Positions 21,581 through 31,929 are shown, counted from the stretch's first letter. The stretch is DNA of 64,000 bases from an uncultured Methanomicrobiales archaeon (GCA_963697895.1 OY969100.1:832001-896000); one strand, 5' to 3'. Notes: generated by a model from the sequence alone, not told the origin. Made by a program: numbers and translations.

Positions 21581-22245
21581 GATCGTTCCAGAAATCCGAA
21601 TACGTCCTCTACGCGACCGAGTTCAAACCCGCTCGTCTGTACTCCGGCTGCGTACCCGCGGCTATTTGCCACGAGCCCGGCCCCGACAAGGCCACTTCCC
21701 AGGTTGATCGACCCAACACCGACCGGAAGACCGCTTATCTCTTCGATGCGGGCGAGTTCGGTCCGTGTCGTTCGTGGGTGGACCAGGATCCCGCGATTAG
21801 TTGCGACCCCCGCCATACCGACTGTTTTAATCCCGGCAAATGTCATTGAATGCACGTCGACACGGAGGTAGGATTTGATCTCATCTCTGATATACGAGGG
21901 CATCTCCGGGTGAACCGCGGCAAAATTGTCATTTGCGAGGATTACGTTCCCCGCCGCATTCATGGTGTCCGCGAGCAGCATCACCTCGCGGTACTCCTTC
22001 AGCCGCGCGACCTCCTCATCACTCGCCAGTCCGCTGACCACCAGGGCATGACTGTTGCCTGCAAGGAGGGATCCGATGATGTGGCTTCCCTGAATCGGAG
22101 TAACGAGGATCTCCACGCCAAGCAACTCCTTCAGTCGTTCACCGAATTCAGGGGTTGACGACGGGGGGATAACCGCGATGTCCTCGAATATACGGGAAAA
22201 GACCCCGATATTCGGGTCTCCTCCAAAAGAGATCGTCCTTTCCAT
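21577..22245 (-). CDS. eif6: Translation initiation factor 6 (aIF6)
   Basis: IGVF, AGN.IL.ND..A.VHP, GS.N.G...VG.G.VAN..G, T.G.E. Confidence 0.95.
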   Translation of the reverse strand: MERTISFGGDPNIGVFSRIFEDIAVIPPSSTPEFGERLKELLGVEILVTPIQGSHIIGSLLAGNSHALVVSGLASDEEVARLKEYREVMLLADTMNAAGNVILANDNFAAVHPEMPSYIRDEIKSYLRVDVHSMTFAGIKTVGMAGVATNRGILVHPRTTRTELARIEEISGLPVGVGSINLGSGLVGAGLVANSRGYAAGVQTSGFELGRVEDVFGFLERS

Positions 22246-22247
22246 CT

Positions 22248-22511
22248 TTATTCCTCGGCGAGTTCCGCCTGGACCTGACCATCCTCGAGTTTCATCGCGC
22301 GAATGCGAATCCGGGACGGCGGTTTCTGACTCCCCCTCTCCCAGACCCGTTCATTAATACTCCGATCGAGTTTTACTTCATCACTCTTCATGTGCTTCTC
22401 GAGGTACCGTCTGATGTCCTTGATGGCGGTATTGGCCCGTTTCCATCGGGGGGTCCGCTTGACGTCCCGGAGGGGAATGACGTAGATATGCTCCTGCAAC
22501 TTCTCAACCAT
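22248..22511 (-). CDS. rpl31e: 50S ribosomal protein L31e
   Basis: Y.IPLR, R...A...I, IN..VW.RG..KPP..IR. Confidence 0.95.
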   Translation of the reverse strand: MVEKLQEHIYVIPLRDVKRTPRWKRANTAIKDIRRYLEKHMKSDEVKLDRSINERVWERGSQKPPSRIRIRAMKLEDGQVQAELAEE

Positions 22512-22514
22512 TGC

Positions 22515-22667
22515 TCACACCTTCAGGGTGCTTCGCCGCCAGTTCCGGCGCTTGGGGTGCGACACCACATGACGTTTCGTCCGAACCATCACCCACGAGG
22601 GTACTCTGCGGTTCTGCCCGCATGCCTTTGATAACCGGATTTTTCTCCCTTTCGATAATCTGCTCAT
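22515..22667 (-). CDS. rpl39e: 50S ribosomal protein L39e (below the ORF-track size cutoff)
   Basis: Hand translation [50 protein letters not shown]. Confidence 0.95.
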   Translation of the reverse strand: MSRLSKGRKIRLSKACGQNRRVPSWVMVRTKRHVVSHPKRRNWRRSTLKV

Positions 22668-22687
22668 ATTCATTCACCATCATCATT

Positions 22688-23275
22688 CTAATGTAATCTT
22701 TCGACAACAAGCGATTGTTCGTGATGTTCCGGAAAATATCGTGAAAGATCCAGTCCTTTCGATCGCATCGCCGACCGGATCCCGCACTCATAATCTCCAT
22801 TATCGATGATCCCCGTTTCGCCGCAGCGGAACGTGAGATAGCGCCCGGCTAGCCGCTCGATCTCGGCTTTCCCAAATCCAAGGAGCGGTCTGATATACGA
22901 ACAGCCGTACGAATCAAAAAAACGCTGCACGTCATTACGGGAGAGCATCGGTACCCGGTCGTTCAAACGGGTCCCATCCGATATCACCGAATATTCGCCG
23001 CAGAGCGTCTGCAACGCATGCCGGTGTAGTTCTGTTATTGCCGTGTTGGGATAACCGCATTTGATGACCATATTAACCACTTCCTCCAGAATTCCCTCTT
23101 CGAATACCCGGATCTTCCAAGGGAACCCGAGTGTTTCTGCCGCTGCTTTAACACCGGTCAGGGTGCTGGAACGGTCGAAGACGAAGGTATTCAGTTCGAT
23201 ATCATAGTCGCGGGAGAGCATAATCGCCGCGAGCGAACTGTCCTTTCCCCCGCTGAACAGCACTCCTGTCTTCAT
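22688..23275 (-). CDS. Adenine nucleotide alpha-hydrolase (PP-loop) family protein
   Basis: LFSGGKDSSLAA, DGTR..D..P, DYE; conserved neighbour of rpl39e. Confidence 0.85.
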   Translation of the reverse strand: MKTGVLFSGGKDSSLAAIMLSRDYDIELNTFVFDRSSTLTGVKAAAETLGFPWKIRVFEEGILEEVVNMVIKCGYPNTAITELHRHALQTLCGEYSVISDGTRLNDRVPMLSRNDVQRFFDSYGCSYIRPLLGFGKAEIERLAGRYLTFRCGETGIIDNGDYECGIRSAMRSKGLDLSRYFPEHHEQSLVVERLH

Positions 23276-23613
23276 CCCTTCCGCGTGATCGTATAATCCC
23301 TTTTCGCGGGGATGAGCTGTTTCAACAGTTCTTTCAGCTGAGCGTCCGTAATCTTCTGTTTAAGTCGACCGGACTGCGCGAGGAGAACCAGCTGCTGTTC
23401 GACCGCACGGGCAAAATCGGGGCGGGTCAGTTTGATCGTATTCAGACGCTCCCTTGCATCCGGCTCGAGAATCTGCTTCAGGATCAACTGGATTTGCGCA
23501 TCAGCCTGCCTTTGACGTTCCATCTCCTCCTGGGTAACCTGCTGGTCGATGGACTGCTGCTGTAACTGTGCCATACGTTTCCGGCGTAATTCAGCCAGCT
23601 CATCATCTCCCAT
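23272..23613 (-). CDS. PDCD5-like DNA-binding protein
   Basis: DEL..LR..R...LQ, L..AR.RL..I....P..A..VE..L..L. Confidence 0.9.
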   Translation of the reverse strand: MGDDELAELRRKRMAQLQQQSIDQQVTQEEMERQRQADAQIQLILKQILEPDARERLNTIKLTRPDFARAVEQQLVLLAQSGRLKQKITDAQLKELLKQLIPAKRDYTITRKG

Positions 23614-23623
23614 CAAATCAACC

Positions 23624-24073
23624 TCAGTACTTTGCAAGTTCCGGTGCTTCCTCAGCCAGACCCTGCCTCAGGGAATATGCGATGCCATCGATGAACGAAG
23701 CCCCGGCAGGAGATATCCGTCTTCCGGTCCGGTCATGAAGAACAAAACCTGCAGATTCCAGTTGCTGGAGTGACTTCCGGAGAATGGAGCCGCTCCCTTT
23801 CCTGAACTGGCTCGGTTTGGACCCGCGATCTTTCTTTCCCCCGTAAAAACTTCTCATACGTTCTACCCCGATCGGTCCGTCCACGTAGACCCTCCTCAAT
23901 ACCGCTGCCACCCGGACAAACCACCAGTCAGGGTCCTCAGGCGGCATCTCCTTGTGAACCCCGGTCTTGGCAAATGCAGCCCAGTCCGGCGGTGTAAATT
24001 CGGGGCGCTTTTTCAGCTCCTCCGCCACCTTCCGGATAAGCATGCCAGCCGGAACATCATATGCCGTTGTCAT
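23624..24073 (-). CDS. rps19e: 30S ribosomal protein S19e
   Basis: W..F.KTG.HKE.PP..PDWW..R.A, GSGSI.R..LQQLE. Confidence 0.96.
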   Translation of the reverse strand: MTTAYDVPAGMLIRKVAEELKKRPEFTPPDWAAFAKTGVHKEMPPEDPDWWFVRVAAVLRRVYVDGPIGVERMRSFYGGKKDRGSKPSQFRKGSGSILRKSLQQLESAGFVLHDRTGRRISPAGASFIDGIAYSLRQGLAEEAPELAKY

Positions 24074-24182
24074 GTTAAAACCTCACTGTCACCAATCGAT
24101 ATAACAGTCTTAATTTATTTGTTCAATACGCTTTTATATATTTCGAGCAAACGCGCTGGTCTTCTCCGGGATCAGCAGATAG

Positions 24183-24452
24183 TTACCTTTTCCGCCGCTC
24201 TGTCAGAACCATCGTCCGGCCGCGCACACCGATGAGTTCTGCACCGGCACGATCTGCAAGTTCACTTGGGTCGATCTCGGTATTCTGCAGCCATTTTACC
24301 TTGATGATCTTCCGCTTCTCCAGTTGGGCGATCACTTCCCTGATGATCGTCTCCGTGCATCCCTGTTTACCTATCCAGATCGTCGGCCTCAGATCCTGCA
24401 TCGGGTCCGGCGGCCGATCACGCCGGGGAGTGTACTCATTCCTCCTGGTCAT
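24183..24452 (-). CDS. YhbY/CRM-domain RNA-binding protein
   Basis: PTIWIGKQG, IKVK, GVRGRT.VL. Confidence 0.88.
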   Translation of the reverse strand: MTRRNEYTPRRDRPPDPMQDLRPTIWIGKQGCTETIIREVIAQLEKRKIIKVKWLQNTEIDPSELADRAGAELIGVRGRTMVLTERRKR

Positions 24453-24763
24453 CCCTTCCCCCTGATAGGGTACCGCGTTCGTGAGCTGCAGTATTTGCAG
24501 GTGACCACCACGCGCCCCCGGTGAACCCTCACTCGGACATTTACCCCGGGAACCATGAACCGGTAGCACTGGTGGCAGAATCGCCTCCGGTGGTCCCGCT
24601 CCATCCGGATCCTCTGGCGCATAGCAATTCGCCTGGCCAGCGCCACATATCGGTGGGCCTGTTCGGGTTTCTCTGGAAATACCGCTTCTGCTTCTCTGAA
24701 GAGTATGTCGATTCGTTCCCGCGCCAATTTTTTCGCACCCGGATTGAGAGACTTTTGTGCCAT
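24449..24763 (-). CDS. rnp4: RNase P protein component 4 (Rpp21)
   Basis: A.ERI..L, RYV.LA..I, FC..C....PG, C..C...R. Confidence 0.93.
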   Translation of the reverse strand: MAQKSLNPGAKKLARERIDILFREAEAVFPEKPEQAHRYVALARRIAMRQRIRMERDHRRRFCHQCYRFMVPGVNVRVRVHRGRVVVTCKYCSSRTRYPIRGKG

Positions 24764-25071
24764 CGGACGACCTGTTACTCTGGAAGTATACGGAATGTGA
24801 TATGAGGTAATATAAAATGTCTGTTCATCCCGCTTTTATGAATTTTTTTCCCGCTTTATCGTGCAGAAATTTGGTTGGTTTTTCCTGTCATCAGAAGGGA
24901 GGATTTTTCAGTATGAATCCACAAAACCCGTTTTGGGGAGGTGCGAGAAGACGAAACAGGAATCATTTGGAGGCCCAGGTATTATCGGATCTCCGGGATT
25001 TCCGATCTCTGATACACCCTATCTACCCGCAGAAAGGGTTGGTTACACACGGAAGTATCGCCGATGGGGCA

Positions 25072-25674
25072 TTAAAGAACTCTCACTCTTCGCCCTTCGA
25101 TGATCAGCCTCTCCTCGCAGAATAACTGGATCGCACGGGCGAGAATCTCGTGTTCCCGTTCCAGAATCCGCTCGGCAAGCGAGTCCTCATCATCATCGTC
25201 GAATACCGGGACACACGCCTGAATAATGATCGGACCGGTGTCCATCCCTTCATCCACGAAGTGTACCGTGCAGCCCGAGGTCTTTACCCCGTAACAGATA
25301 GGCTGACGCTGTGCATGAAGCCCGGGGAAACAAGGGAGGAGCGCAGGATGAATATTTATCATCCTCCTGGGAAACGCCTTCACGATCGCATCTCCCAGGA
25401 TCCGCATGTACCCGGCTAGTACAAACAGATCTGCACCCGTTCCGGTCATCGCATCCAGGAGTCCCTGCTCATAAGCGGCTCTTTCCGGGTAAGCTGCATA
25501 ATCCAGAACTGAGACCGGTATTCCTGCATTTTGAGCACGGGAAATAACAAATGCGGAGGGATTATCGGTTATCAGTCCCACACAGACCCCGCAAATGGTT
25601 CCCCTGGCTATCGCATCAATGATCGCCTGAAAATTGGAACCCCGGCCCGACGCGATTACGGCGATACGTTTCAT
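25072..25674 (-). CDS. purN: Phosphoribosylglycinamide formyltransferase
   Basis: SGRGSNFQA, LAGYMRIL, NIHPALLP.FPG, HFVD.G.D.GPII. Confidence 0.96.
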   Translation of the reverse strand: MKRIAVIASGRGSNFQAIIDAIARGTICGVCVGLITDNPSAFVISRAQNAGIPVSVLDYAAYPERAAYEQGLLDAMTGTGADLFVLAGYMRILGDAIVKAFPRRMINIHPALLPCFPGLHAQRQPICYGVKTSGCTVHFVDEGMDTGPIIIQACVPVFDDDDEDSLAERILEREHEILARAIQLFCEERLIIEGRRVRVL

Positions 25675-25687
25675 TCGTTCACCCGTT

Positions 25688-26962
25688 TCAGCCGGTTTCC
25701 TGTTCCGCACCATCTTTCACGCTATGAAGGATAAGTTTCACCTTTACCACCCGACGCCCGAGCATCTGTGTCACGACCAGGCTGACATGGCTCTCATGGA
25801 CGAACACGCTCTCCCCGGGGTGGGGAATATGTCCCAGTCGCTCGATCAACAAACCCCCGATCGTTTCGTAGGATTCATGGACAGGGAGACTGAGATCGAG
25901 CTCATCGTTGAGATCCTCCACCCACATCTGTGCATCGACCAGGAAGACATCATCATGGATCTTCTGGATGTCCGGCTCTTCCCGGTCGAATTCATCCAGG
26001 ATATCCCCGACCAGCTCCTCAAGGATATCCTCGACCGTTACGATCCCGACAAAACTGCTGTACTCATCGAGGACGATCGCCATCTGGACTTTCCTGACCT
26101 GCAGTTCTTTCAGAAGCTCGTCGATTTTTTTCGTCTCCGGCACAAAGAAGGGATCGTACATGACATCCTTGATGGCAGTATCTTTTTTCCCCGAAAAGAG
26201 GACCGCAAAGATGTCCTTTACATTGAGAACACCGATGATGTTATCGAGATGCTCGTGGAAGACAGGTATCCGGGAGAATCCCGTCTCGTGAAACATACGC
26301 ACCGCATCATCAAGGGTTGCGGTATCCTCCATCACGGCCACGTCCACCCGGGGGGTCATAATCTCCCGGGCGGTGGTGTCTCCGAATTCGAGCACACTGT
26401 AAAGCATCTCCCGCTCTTCCTGCTCGATAGTCCCTTCTTCTTTTCCGACCTCAATCCATTCCTTGATCTCCTCTTCGGTCACGGTCGGCTCCGCCAATCC
26501 CCGTGGTGTCATGACCCGGTGGCTCACCCGATCGATCCCCAGGATTACCGGGGAAAGAATACGGGAGAGGAAGAGGATTACCGGTGCGGAACTGAGGGCG
26601 ATCGACTCGGTATGCCGGTTGGCATAAATCTTCGGGCCAATCTCCCCGAATACCAGGAACAGGATCACGACGACCACTGTCGCAATACCTACGCCGATAT
26701 CCCCGAATATATTGATTGCAAGCGCCGTCGCGATAGCGGTAGCGGCTATGTTGGCTATGGTATTCCCGATCAGGATGGTGACTATAAACCTGTTCGGAGA
26801 TTCTTTCAGTGTGGCGAGTGCCTGCGAACCCCTCATTCCGTCATTGATGAGAATCCTGACTTTGGCACGGGAAATGGATATCAGGGCGACTTCGGCACTG
26901 GAAAAAAATGCAGACAGCAGCAGGAAGATGATGAAGAGGAAGACCTGCAGATAGTCGATCAT
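25688..26962 (-). CDS. HlyC/CorC (CNNM-CBS) family transporter
   Basis: SAFFSSAE.A, GEI.PK, MTPR, SRIPV, VT.EDILEELVG.I.DE.D. Confidence 0.92.
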   Translation of the reverse strand: MIDYLQVFLFIIFLLLSAFFSSAEVALISISRAKVRILINDGMRGSQALATLKESPNRFIVTILIGNTIANIAATAIATALAINIFGDIGVGIATVVVVILFLVFGEIGPKIYANRHTESIALSSAPVILFLSRILSPVILGIDRVSHRVMTPRGLAEPTVTEEEIKEWIEVGKEEGTIEQEEREMLYSVLEFGDTTAREIMTPRVDVAVMEDTATLDDAVRMFHETGFSRIPVFHEHLDNIIGVLNVKDIFAVLFSGKKDTAIKDVMYDPFFVPETKKIDELLKELQVRKVQMAIVLDEYSSFVGIVTVEDILEELVGDILDEFDREEPDIQKIHDDVFLVDAQMWVEDLNDELDLSLPVHESYETIGGLLIERLGHIPHPGESVFVHESHVSLVVTQMLGRRVVKVKLILHSVKDGAEQETG

Positions 26963-27053
26963 CGGTTCAACGCCACTCCACGGCACGGTCGGTAGTATAC
27001 TCCATAGCGGTGAGACAATACAATATTGCAATCAGATTTTATAAAACCAGCGA

Positions 27054-27875
27054 TTATCCGAGGTATTCTCTCATGAACTCCAGTTCACGGGACAGGAGGA
27101 GGATCTTCTCCTCCGAGCAGAGGTCATGGGGAAAATTGCGATCTTCTATCTCCAGCGTGAGGGTTTCATCAAACCCGTAGTCTGAAAGAAGCCCAAGAAT
27201 CCGTGCCCCTTCCGGCGTTCGGTTCAGGGGAAGATGCATCTTCCCATCCGAAGCGCGGGATACATGTACATTGGCGAGGCGATCCTGGCAGAGATCGAGG
27301 TACCGGGACACCTCATCTAGAGAGAGAGCCATCGCGTGGGAGATATCGAGCGTGAACGCAAGCCATTGCTCACGATCGAGCAGTTCCCGCATTGCATCCG
27401 GAGTGCAGAGGAGAGAATTAACCTTATTCTCCATGTTTTCCATTGCAATTTTGACTTTTTTTCCGGAGGCAACCGACCTGACCCTCGCGATATATCGTTC
27501 AAACCGTTCATAGTCCGCCCCGCTTGGGGGTCTCTTTGCCGTCCTCCGGCCCGGGTGGAGGGTGATCACCCCCGCACCGATCTGCTCTGCCATCCCAATC
27601 GCAGAAACGGCATACCATACAGAGGCTTCGGCGACCTTGGGATTGATGGAACAGGGGTTCAGATCGAGGATAGGTGCATGAAAATTGACCTTGGACAGGT
27701 CGGGGTGATTCGTTATACAGTCGGCCAGTTCATTGACTGGCGTGTCCCGGAGCCAGAAATGGGGGGTCTCCTCCCAGAATTCGATTGCATCGAGACCGGA
27801 CTCGCTGACAAAATCAAAGACCTCTTCAACGGGATATTCATGAAAGAACATGCTCGAGACCGCAAAATGCACCAT
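27054..27875 (-). CDS. Sugar phosphate isomerase/epimerase (AP endonuclease 2 TIM barrel) family
   Basis: HAP..DLN..S, HPG, ENM, D..H, HLPL, LE. Confidence 0.85.
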   Translation of the reverse strand: MVHFAVSSMFFHEYPVEEVFDFVSESGLDAIEFWEETPHFWLRDTPVNELADCITNHPDLSKVNFHAPILDLNPCSINPKVAEASVWYAVSAIGMAEQIGAGVITLHPGRRTAKRPPSGADYERFERYIARVRSVASGKKVKIAMENMENKVNSLLCTPDAMRELLDREQWLAFTLDISHAMALSLDEVSRYLDLCQDRLANVHVSRASDGKMHLPLNRTPEGARILGLLSDYGFDETLTLEIEDRNFPHDLCSEEKILLLSRELEFMREYLG

Positions 27876-27915
27876 GATCGTATTTGATATGGCCTGTCTG
27901 CAATAATAGTTATTG

Positions 27916-29169
27916 ATGAGCTGGCCGGAACGCCCGATAGATGCGGAAATGACCTCACACGGCATCACAATTCTGAGGGTATCGGAAGTGTCCGAAGTAA
28001 TCCGTGAGGCACTCGACGATGCCCGGCTTCAGGAGATCTGGGTCCGGGGTGAGATCACAAACTATAAGCACCATACCCATGGACACCGGTATTTCTCGCT
28101 CTCCGAACAGGGCAGCAGGGGGATTGCAGTAATAAACTGTGTTATGTGGGAATCCTTCGCAAAATCCCTCCGCTTTTCGCCGGAAAATGGGATGGATGTG
28201 ATCGTCTTCGGGTATGTGGGGTTGTATGCGCCGCAGGGCAAATACCAGCTCTATGTGCAGGACATACGCCATGCGGGGGAAGGGGAAAAGCATCTGATGG
28301 TGGAGCGCTGGAAACAGGAACTCACCCGTGAGGGCCTGTTTTCCCCGGATCGGAAGAAACCGCTTCCTCCCTATCCCCAACGAGTGGGGGTGGTCACCTC
28401 AGAGACCGGCGCGGTGTTCCACGACATCGTAAACGTCATCAGCCGTCGTTATCCGGTGGAGATCGTCCTCTCTCCGACGGCAGTACAGGGAGAGACAGCC
28501 TCCACTGAGATCATCCGGGCGATTCAACGGGTCGACGGAAGGGTGGATGTTATAATCATCGGGCGTGGAGGGGGTTCATTTGAAGACCTGTTCCCGTTCA
28601 ATCACCCTGATGTTGTCCGGGCAATCGCAACCTGCAGCCTCCCTGTCGTTTCCGCAATCGGGCATGAGGTCGATGTTACCCTGAGCGATCTCGCGGCCGA
28701 TCTGAGGGCGCCGACACCCTCTGCCGCCGCGGAACTGGTCGTCCCCGACCGGATCCGGCTGATTGAACTCCTTGAAAAGCACCGCCAGCAGATGATAAAA
28801 AGCCTCGTGGCACGGCTCGAACGGGCCTACGAGGAACTGCGCCAGTATCGTGAGCGTCTCCACCCGAAACGGTTTGAGCGAAACATCGCTGATCGGAAGC
28901 AGGAACTAGCCGACATGACTGACCGGCTTGGGAGGTCGGTTGCGACACGGCTTGAACATGAATGCCTCCGAATGAACGGGTTCCGTGCGGAATTGGAAGG
29001 CAGGAACCCGCTCAGGCTCCTCTCCGGGGGATACTGCGTGGCGGAGAAAGATGGACACCTCCTCCGGTCCCTGGCGGGGATCCGTCCAGGAAACCGGATC
29101 AGACTGCGGTTTCTTGATGGGAATGCAGATGTGCAGGTGGAACAGGTGAATTATGGCAAAAAAATATGA
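27916..29169 (+). CDS. xseA: Exodeoxyribonuclease VII large subunit
   Basis: WV.GEI.N, GH.YF.L, GVVTS..GA...D, RGGGS.EDL..FN, SAIGHE.D, APTPSAAAE. Confidence 0.95.
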   Translation: MSWPERPIDAEMTSHGITILRVSEVSEVIREALDDARLQEIWVRGEITNYKHHTHGHRYFSLSEQGSRGIAVINCVMWESFAKSLRFSPENGMDVIVFGYVGLYAPQGKYQLYVQDIRHAGEGEKHLMVERWKQELTREGLFSPDRKKPLPPYPQRVGVVTSETGAVFHDIVNVISRRYPVEIVLSPTAVQGETASTEIIRAIQRVDGRVDVIIIGRGGGSFEDLFPFNHPDVVRAIATCSLPVVSAIGHEVDVTLSDLAADLRAPTPSAAAELVVPDRIRLIELLEKHRQQMIKSLVARLERAYEELRQYRERLHPKRFERNIADRKQELADMTDRLGRSVATRLEHECLRMNGFRAELEGRNPLRLLSGGYCVAEKDGHLLRSLAGIRPGNRIRLRFLDGNADVQVEQVNYGKKI

Positions 29170-29335
29170 AGATCTTATGGGTGAATTGAAGGACGTCCTG
29201 ATAAGGATAGAGAGCGGAGAAGCGGGCCTGGATGAGAGTATTCTGCTCTATGAACAGGGTTCACGCCTGATTAAACAATGCGAAGATCTCCTTGCTGAAG
29301 CGGAGCTCAAGATAACCCGGCTTTCTCCGGAATGA
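29153..29335 (+). CDS. xseB: Exodeoxyribonuclease VII small subunit
   Basis: YE....L......IE.G...L.ES..LYE.G..L...C...L..AE. Confidence 0.92.
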   Translation: MAKKYEDLMGELKDVLIRIESGEAGLDESILLYEQGSRLIKQCEDLLAEAELKITRLSPE

Positions 29336-29517
29336 CCCCCGTCTCTGATATCATAGATTCCACTGATCGAGGGCAATGCCGGATGAGAAATATCCGAGAT
29401 ACCCGTTAACCGGATCCGAGCGGGGGCCATATTTTTCTCTCCGATATACTTTCCATCTTGCCATCTTCATGAGGATGATCGGTTAGTCTGGCATACTATT
29501 TCGAATAGCCTTCATCC

Positions 29518-29952
29518 TCATTCTTCCTTACCATCGATAGCGGTGAGCTCGATAATCAGATCTGCTCCCCCGCGGAGATATCCGATGAAATCTGCGGGGA
29601 GGTCGCAAGCTGCATGATCAGCCGAAATTCCGATCGTTCTTCCGCAGGTGAAGGTGCTCCGGCGCCAGACCAGGTCTGCCGGGTGGTCGAAAGAGAGTCC
29701 GCCCGAACCATATGAACGCACGACGACGCACAGATCGTTGCACCGGAGCCGGGTGATAAGCTGCGACCCGGGGGAAGAGAGGATCTTCTTCAGGGAAGGC
29801 GAAAGATCTGCTGTACCTTTGTCCGCACCTACCCCTATGATACAGTTTCCTGCCGGAGTCAGTTCCCGGTCTCTGGTGATTGCAAACGTGCTTCGGTGCC
29901 GGCCGCTGACCGCCGGATGTCCATGGCACCGCACCACATCCTCTGCCTGCAT
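29518..29952 (-). CDS. DUF371 domain protein
   Basis: GHP.V...H..T..IT....LT..G.CIIGV.AD, RRS.F...RT..I.A..AA.DL. Confidence 0.85.
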   Translation of the reverse strand: MQAEDVVRCHGHPAVSGRHRSTFAITRDRELTPAGNCIIGVGADKGTADLSPSLKKILSSPGSQLITRLRCNDLCVVVRSYGSGGLSFDHPADLVWRRSTFTCGRTIGISADHAACDLPADFIGYLRGGADLIIELTAIDGKEE

Positions 29953-29986
29953 GTTTAAATGGTGTGGGTATCCATTCCTATTAACC

Positions 29987-30562
29987 ATGTATATCGAGGC
30001 GTACTGCCCTGAATGCAAAGAAATAGCAGAACATGAGGTGCTGCACGAATCCCATGATCTGCTTGTCCGCTGCGAGCAGTGCAACCAGGTACATCGTTCC
30101 CCCCGGAGAAATACACCCCCTCAGACCTCCATCAAAACGATTGTAAGCGCTGATCAGGTCTCACGGATCTGTCAGGTCGAGATGGGTGCGGATGAAGATT
30201 GCAGGATCGGTGATCATCTGGTTGCGGAATGTAAAGATGAATGCACTGCAGTGGAGGTGACCGGGATCGAAGCCGGGCCCCGGCGTCTGTCCCACGCGAA
30301 GGCAAGCGAAATATCGGCACTCTGGACACGGGTTATTGAGGCGGTGGTCGTCCGCATCTCGGTCCATGAAGGATGGGAGACAATTCCGCTGATGCTCCAG
30401 TGCCGCGGCGAGGATGTATTCATTGTAGGCGAAACGTACGTGGTCGGGAAGAAAAGGTTTCGAATAACGCATATAAAAATGAGGGATGGCGCGGTGCTCA
30501 GAAAAGAGGGGTGGAAGACCGTGGCACAAAAAATCAAACGAATATACGGGAAGAGTTTATAG
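29987..30562 (+). CDS. Archaeal Zn-finger protein (HVO_0476-like)
   Basis: CPEC....HEVL......VRC..C..VH, VEVT.IE, IKRIYG. Confidence 0.82.
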   Translation: MYIEAYCPECKEIAEHEVLHESHDLLVRCEQCNQVHRSPRRNTPPQTSIKTIVSADQVSRICQVEMGADEDCRIGDHLVAECKDECTAVEVTGIEAGPRRLSHAKASEISALWTRVIEAVVVRISVHEGWETIPLMLQCRGEDVFIVGETYVVGKKRFRITHIKMRDGAVLRKEGWKTVAQKIKRIYGKSL

Positions 30563-30817
30563 ATTCCGCTTTATTGCATCATCCAACTGTTCCGGATGCA
30601 CGACCCCTTCAAAGCGCTCCTTAACGCTCCCGTCCCTGATCACCAGGGTGGTCGGTGTCACTTTTAACTGGAATTCCTTGATATAATGGGGATTTTTAAC
30701 CGCATCGATCTCCTCGATTGTAATTCCAAGCTTCTTCTCCACCTCGCGGTTGATCGGTTCCTGTTCCGTGCACGCCATGCATCCTTCCTGGATAAAGCTG
30801 ATAACCCGAACTGGCAT
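30557..30817 (-). CDS. Thioredoxin family protein
   Basis: GCMAC, VTPT, F.GV. Confidence 0.85.
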   Translation of the reverse strand: MPVRVISFIQEGCMACTEQEPINREVEKKLGITIEEIDAVKNPHYIKEFQLKVTPTTLVIRDGSVKERFEGVVHPEQLDDAIKRNL

Positions 30818-30865
30818 ACGAAAAAAAAAGGTGGATGGCCTATAAATATTCTCTGGTTTTTTGTA

Positions 30866-31567
30866 TTATTTTGAATTAATCTGTTCGAGGATAATCTCGG
30901 CATTCGAATAACCGAAACTGAGATTTACGCCTTCCGGATCCTTTTCGGTAATAGTGGCGATTCGGGATATATAGAGATCCGGACTGGTGGTATTATCAAA
31001 GTTTACGACCGGATGCTCGACAAATGCAATGAGGAATGGATCCCCGACCTGATCCCGTGAAATATTACCGCCAATTCCCTCGAACTCCTGTACCGTCATG
31101 CGCCGTTCGTAGGATGCATCGGTTGTGAAAGGCACCGTTTTTGCCTCCCCTTTCTTCATGCCCACAAGGCCTGCACTGATCGACTCTAGTTCCGGTGAGA
31201 AGAGGCCGAACTGCACCTGACCCGTCTGGGGATTATATGCCAGTACCTTAACCACATCCTGTGCGGCCGTGCTGTTGACGCCGACACTCATCTGACCGGT
31301 CAGGAATACGACGTTGCCTTGCTGAACGGTATCGTTGAAGAGCTTCTGGCTGGTTGTGATTATTACATGTCCGTTACTGTCCCTGATGGTGTAATCGATA
31401 ACCGCAGTGTCTCCGGCCACCGCAGGCTTCATCCCGGTGATCCACGAGGTCCCCATCCCCGAGAGAATCATGAAGACCACCAGGACCAGGCCCGCCCCAA
31501 CGACGAGGAGTTTCTTCCATCCGAAGGTTCCGGTCTTCTTCGGTATAGATTTTTTCTGTGCTTTCAT
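30866..31567 (-). CDS. Membrane-anchored protein with FKBP-like fold
   Basis: N-terminal TM; GD...IDYT.RD..G....T, GL.GMK.GE.K. Confidence 0.65.
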   Translation of the reverse strand: MKAQKKSIPKKTGTFGWKKLLVVGAGLVLVVFMILSGMGTSWITGMKPAVAGDTAVIDYTIRDSNGHVIITTSQKLFNDTVQQGNVVFLTGQMSVGVNSTAAQDVVKVLAYNPQTGQVQFGLFSPELESISAGLVGMKKGEAKTVPFTTDASYERRMTVQEFEGIGGNISRDQVGDPFLIAFVEHPVVNFDNTTSPDLYISRIATITEKDPEGVNLSFGYSNAEIILEQINSK

Positions 31568-31929
31568 CTGTTAGTATCATCTCCGTTCAATTGAGATAAA
31601 CATTACAATGGTACATCATGCAGAGCCGGCCCCGGCGAGGTCCATCCTCTGCCGAAATGCAGAGATTGTTCTTAGCAGATATTCCAAATATCATTGCGTA
31701 TAGGATTCCGTGAGCCTGCAGTAATTAGGATATTTCTCTGGTTTAAAACCGGAGTCAGCGGTAAAAACCGGTATCGATTCATACAGGTATATCAAGTCGC
31801 CGGGAATTCGATTAACCCATATTTCTCGCAAAAACCCGACATTTACAGAGTCTGAGGTGTTCGGGCACGGTATGTCTTTCCTGATGCGCCGATGGCTTCA
31901 TCTGGTTTCCAATATAAGGTTCTTCTGCA

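Noticed and set aside
22504-22800. 98-aa ORF in the track
   Set aside because: Wrong frame; the real gene is the 50-aa rpl39e at 22515-22667
25634-26995. Long antisense ORFs (453 aa here; also 44046-45395, 48857-50098, 191-1033)
   Set aside because: They are shadows of well-supported genes on the opposite strand in GC-rich coding DNA and carry no motifs
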